Shown piece by piece: positions 60,082 to 64,000 of a stretch of DNA of 64,000 bases. The stretch spans positions 1 through 64,000 of the forward strand of contig JAWMAR010000894.1 in the NCBI GenBank assembly GCA_036785375.1, given 5' to 3'. Position 1 is the stretch's first letter, and the number at the start of each line of letters is the position of its first letter. The notes under the pieces are model-generated. The model searched no databases and was not told the DNA's origin. It saw nothing but the letters and a program-made list of their open reading frames with translations. A program made the translations under genes and the position numbers. Source of the DNA: Leucoraja ocellata. Its lineage: Eukaryota.

Positions 60082-60104
60082 CTTCGCTTGCGACCAGTTT
60101 CCTC
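60082..60104 (-). CDS. TRIM gene 23-nt micro-exon
   Basis: TTTCTTTCAG|GAGGAAACTGGTCGCAAGCGAAG|GTACG. A 23-nt phase 0-2 exon is typical of TRIM-B30.2 genes. Confidence 0.78.
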
Positions 60105-60307
60105 CTGAAAGAAATAAAACACAAATCTCAATTGACTGAGATGGACCGTCCTCATCCCGACAGCGGGTATTTCACCAAGTTTCTACAACGCTCTGATAAT
60201 TCCCATTTCCCAACTCTTATCGCCACTGTCATGCAGAGAGAACACGGATATTGTCGCAGAGATGTAGAACGATGGCTGAAAGCACAAAGCACGTTAATGA
60301 GAATGAC

Positions 60308-60842
60308 GTCTCCTAATCTGAGGAAAGACATTCTTGCCATAGAGGGAGTACAGAGACGGTTCACCAACTGATTCCTGGGATGGCAGGACTTTCATATGAA
60401 GAAAGACTGGATAGACTCGGCTTGTACACGCTAGAATTTAGAAGATTGATGGGGGATCTTAAAGAAACTTACAAAATTCTAACGGTTGGACAGGCTAGAT
60501 GCAGGAAGATTATTCCCGATGTTGGGGAAGTCCAGAACAAGGGATCACAGTTTAAGGATAAGGGGGAAGTCTTTTAGGACCAAGATCAGAAAACCATTTT
60601 TTACACAGAGGGTGGTAAATCTGTGGAATTCATTGCCACGGAAGGTATTTGATGCCAGTTCATTGGCTACATTTAAGAGGGAGTTAGATGTGGCCCTTGT
60701 GGCTAAAGGGATCAGGGGGTATGGATAGAAGACAGGTACGGGATACTTAGTTGGATGATCAGCCATGATCAAATCGAATGGCGGTGCAGGCTCGACGGGC
60801 CAAATGGCCTACTCCTGCGCCTATTTTATATGTTTATATGTC
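60308..60842 (+). mobile_element. CR1 LINE 3' portion
   Basis: SPNLRKDILAIEGVQRRFT..GLSYEERLDRLGLYTLEFRR..FFTQRVVNLWNSLP. Confidence 0.9.
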
Positions 60843-61438
60843 ATAATTGAGAGGATGGAACTTAATGAAAAGACTGGACAGGTCGTGGGATTTCATCTGT
60901 AGAAATGTTCAGGAATGATGAGAGGGAATTTAATATTATCGGTGGATTTAAACGTGTGGGGATGAAATAATATCTCATATTGAAGGGGAGACTAATAATC
61001 AAAGTTGAAATGTAACGTGGTCTTCAATAAATACCTAAAGAAATGCAGTCATGAGAACATGGACTTCACTTGCATTGCAGGGACTGAAGCCAACAGCAGA
61101 GATACATTTAAATGCAAGCGGTGATAATTGCTCGGTTCTCAGCTTCCCCCCAGTATAGTTTCAGTAAAAACACTGAATCAAGCACTTGAATCAATTAATT
61201 GTATTCTAGCAAAAGCGAGTCACAGATCACACACTGTACCTATCCCACCGTGGGTTCGATCCCTGCGTCTATCTGTTCAAGCCATCAAGGCCTCGCACAG
61301 ACAGAGGCACTCCAGAAGGGGACCTGGTCCTGAGCGCTCTTCCAGAAGATTGGCCCTGTGCCTCGTGACCAGGGACTTTTATATGCCCCGCAAACTCGAG
61401 GGCCGAACCACATGGGGGTTGTCTCTTAATCACCAAAT

Positions 61439-63066
61439 AGGGAGGTTTCACGGCAATCGGGTCACATAGAAACATAGAAACATAGAAATTAGGTGCAGGA
61501 GTAGGCCATTCGGCCCTTCGAGCCTGCACCGCCATTCAATATGATCATGGCTGATCATCCAACTCAGTATCCCGTACCTGCCTTCTCTCCATACCCCCTG
61601 ATCCCCTTAGCCACAAGGGCCACATCTAACTCCCTCTTAAATATAGCCAATGAACTGGCCTCAACTACCCTCTGTGGCAGAGAGTTCCAGATATTCACCA
61701 CTCTCTGTGTGAAAAAAAGTTCTTCTCATTTCGGTTTTAAAGGATTTCCCCCTTATCCTTAAGCTGTGACCCCTTGTCCTGGACTTCCCTAACATCGGGA
61801 ACAATCTTCCTGCATCTAGCCTGTCTAACCCCTTAATAATTTTGTAAGTTTCTATAAGATCCCCTCTCAATCTCCTAAATTCTAGAGAGTACAAACCAAG
61901 TCTATCCAGTCTTTCTTCATAAGACAGTCCTGACATCCCAGGAATCAGTCTGGTGAACCGTCTCTGCACTACCTCTATGGCAATAATGTCCTTCCTCAGA
62001 TTTGGAGACCAAAACTGTACGCAATACTCCAGGTGTGGTCTCACCAAGACCCTGTACAACTGCAGTAGAACCTCCCTGCTCCTATACTCAAATCCGTTTG
62101 CAATGAAAGCTAACATACCTTTCGCTTTCTTTACTGCCTGCTGCACCTGCATGCCTACCTTCAATGACTGGTGTACCGTGACACCCAGGTCTCGCTGCAT
62201 CTCCCCTTTCCCAATCGGTCACGACCCATGACCCGTACTGTTGCTACGCTACATGCGATGAACTGCAGGCAGGCACTTACCGTTGTTTCCAGCGTAGCGG
62301 GCCCGTTAAAACCCCACCGCTGAAATTGTCAATTTATGCCTGTAAATAATTATGGAAATGGGGATAAGCGTGAGGGACATTTAGCCTGCTTCAGAATTCC
62401 AAAAGTGAGGAGAAATGGCTGTAGATAGAAGCGAGAGCTGAAGGGACAACAGCAGACAGAGTGCTTGGCGAACATTGGCCTTTTGCTCACTGCATTTCAT
62501 CAACTAAGGTGTTTTTTCTTGATTCCTTTGGCATCTAAAAAGTTTCAGAAGTGATAAATCTGGCTAACTTTTTTTAATCGCCCATAGTTCCCGTGGGTTT
62601 TACATACAAAATGAAAACGCATCTGAAGAAACATTTACAGCCAGATTTATCACTTCTGAGATTGTTTAGATGCCGAAGGAATCAAGAAAAAACACAATAA
62701 TGCCTGACTTGATGAAATGCAGTGAGCAAACGTGATAATTCCCAACATGTTTTATTCTGATATCTGCACGGCAAATGTTTATCAAGCACTTTAACTGCTG
62801 TTGTCCCTTCAATTCTCGCTTCTCTATACCTTCATTTCGCTTCACATTTGGAATTCTAAAGTTGGGTACATGTCTCTCACACTTACCCAGACTCCCACAA
62901 ATGTTTTCAGCGCAAAAATGCAACATTTTGGCGGTTTTTAACAGGTGGGAAAGTACGTGATTTCAGCATTAATAACATGTACCGAAAGTGACGGATGTCC
63001 TCCAGATGGATTTAGCAGCTCCGTGCGTCGAGCCCTCTGACCCAGTGACCTTTCGTGCAACCCCCT
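61439..63066. mobile_element. Complete THAP-derived foldback non-autonomous DNA transposon (ISL2EU-like), interrupted by CR1
   Basis: AT|AGGGAGGTTTCACG ... CGTGCAACCCCCT|AT. Inward-facing THAP remnants; ORF 62666-62926 reads C...C..FRIP..ICRAD..YHVCSLHFIKSG. Confidence 0.72.
61466..62216 (-). mobile_element. 5'-truncated CR1 LINE nested in the foldback element
   Basis: ORF 61661-62200 is the CR1 C-terminus; (CATAGAAA)n tail; CAATCG(G)GTCAC on both sides. Confidence 0.92.
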
Positions 63067-63259
63067 ATTACAAATATCGATTAACCCCATACATAACAGG
63101 CATTTCCCTAAGCCAATGATACAACAATTCAATACATTGTATTCACAACGGACTTCAAGATGAAGTCAACTTGGAAACATTTACCCTGATGAACAGAACT
63201 TTCAGACAAGGTTCAACACCCCCATCCAATCAACACTTAGCAGTCAGACTCTGCAACAA

Positions 63260-64000
63260 CAGACTACAGACCCTCCAACATCACCCCCACATCCAGCGAC
63301 GCCTCCTTCCTTGAGGAGCTTAATCACTTCTATGGCCGCTTCGACAGGGACAATCTAGAGACAGCCATCAAGGCTGTGCTACCTGCCGATCACCAACCCC
63401 TCACACTCACCCCCTACGACGTGTACGTGGCACTGAGTAGGACTAATGCACGTAAGGCTGCTGGCCCTGACGGCATCCCCGGGCGCGTGCTCAGTGCCTG
63501 TACTGCGCAGCTGACAGACGTCTGGACTGACATCTTCAACCTGTCACTTGCCCAAGCAGTTGTCCCCACTTGCCTTAAAGCCACCTCCATCGTGCCAGTG
63601 CCAAAACACTCCACTGCGGCAAGCCTCAACGACTTCCGCCCAGTTGCACTTACCCCCATCATCACCAAGTGCTTCGAGAGGCTGGTCCTGGCACACCTCA
63701 AAAGCTGCCTACCCCCCACACTGGATCCCTATCAGTTTGCCTACCGCAAGAACATGAGTACGGAGGATGCCATCTCAACGGCACTTCATTCCGCCCTCTC
63801 CCACCTTGACAACAGAGACACTTATGTAAGAATGCTGTTCATCGATTACAGCTCAGCATTCAACACCATTATTCCATCAAAACTGATCACCAAACTCGGT
63901 AACCTGGGCATCGACCCCTCCCTCTGCAACTGGATACTGGACTTTCTAACCAACAGACCCCAGTCTGTGAGGTTAGACAAGCACACCTCTTCAACCCTCA
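63260..64000 (+). mobile_element. Rex1/Babar-type LINE reverse transcriptase, open frame running off the window
   Basis: Manual translation: [89 protein letters not shown]. Confidence 0.92.

Overview
Eukaryotic, repeat-rich vertebrate DNA, most likely from a cartilaginous fish (skate/ray). This is inferred from the HE1-like tRNA SINEs, CR1/L2/Rex1/Penelope/DIRS content, an elasmobranch-type MHC class I alpha3 domain, two-exon GPR139-like GPCRs and an A33-like TRIM-B30.2 gene. The left half is dominated by a ~25 kb palindrome: arms 5776-16674 and 20392-30910, with a 3.7 kb spacer holding a GPR139-like pseudogene that is truncated at the arm junction. Each arm contains a CR1 LINE split by a ~6.3 kb composite non-autonomous Helitron; a third, independent copy of that Helitron, with an intact hairpin+CTAG 3' end, lies at 1-3986. 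The Helitron carries a THAP-derived foldback DNA element that also occurs free at 61439-63066 with an AT target duplication. Further right are a structurally complete but decayed DIRS element, a second GPCR fragment, a full-length two-LTR Gypsy element, two head-to-head MHC class I gene remnants, and the last three exons of a TRIM-B30.2 gene. No prokaryotic features, rRNA/tRNA genes or CRISPR arrays were seen. At least some N runs are masked simple repeats rather than gaps. All family calls come from motif recognition by eye; no database search was run.
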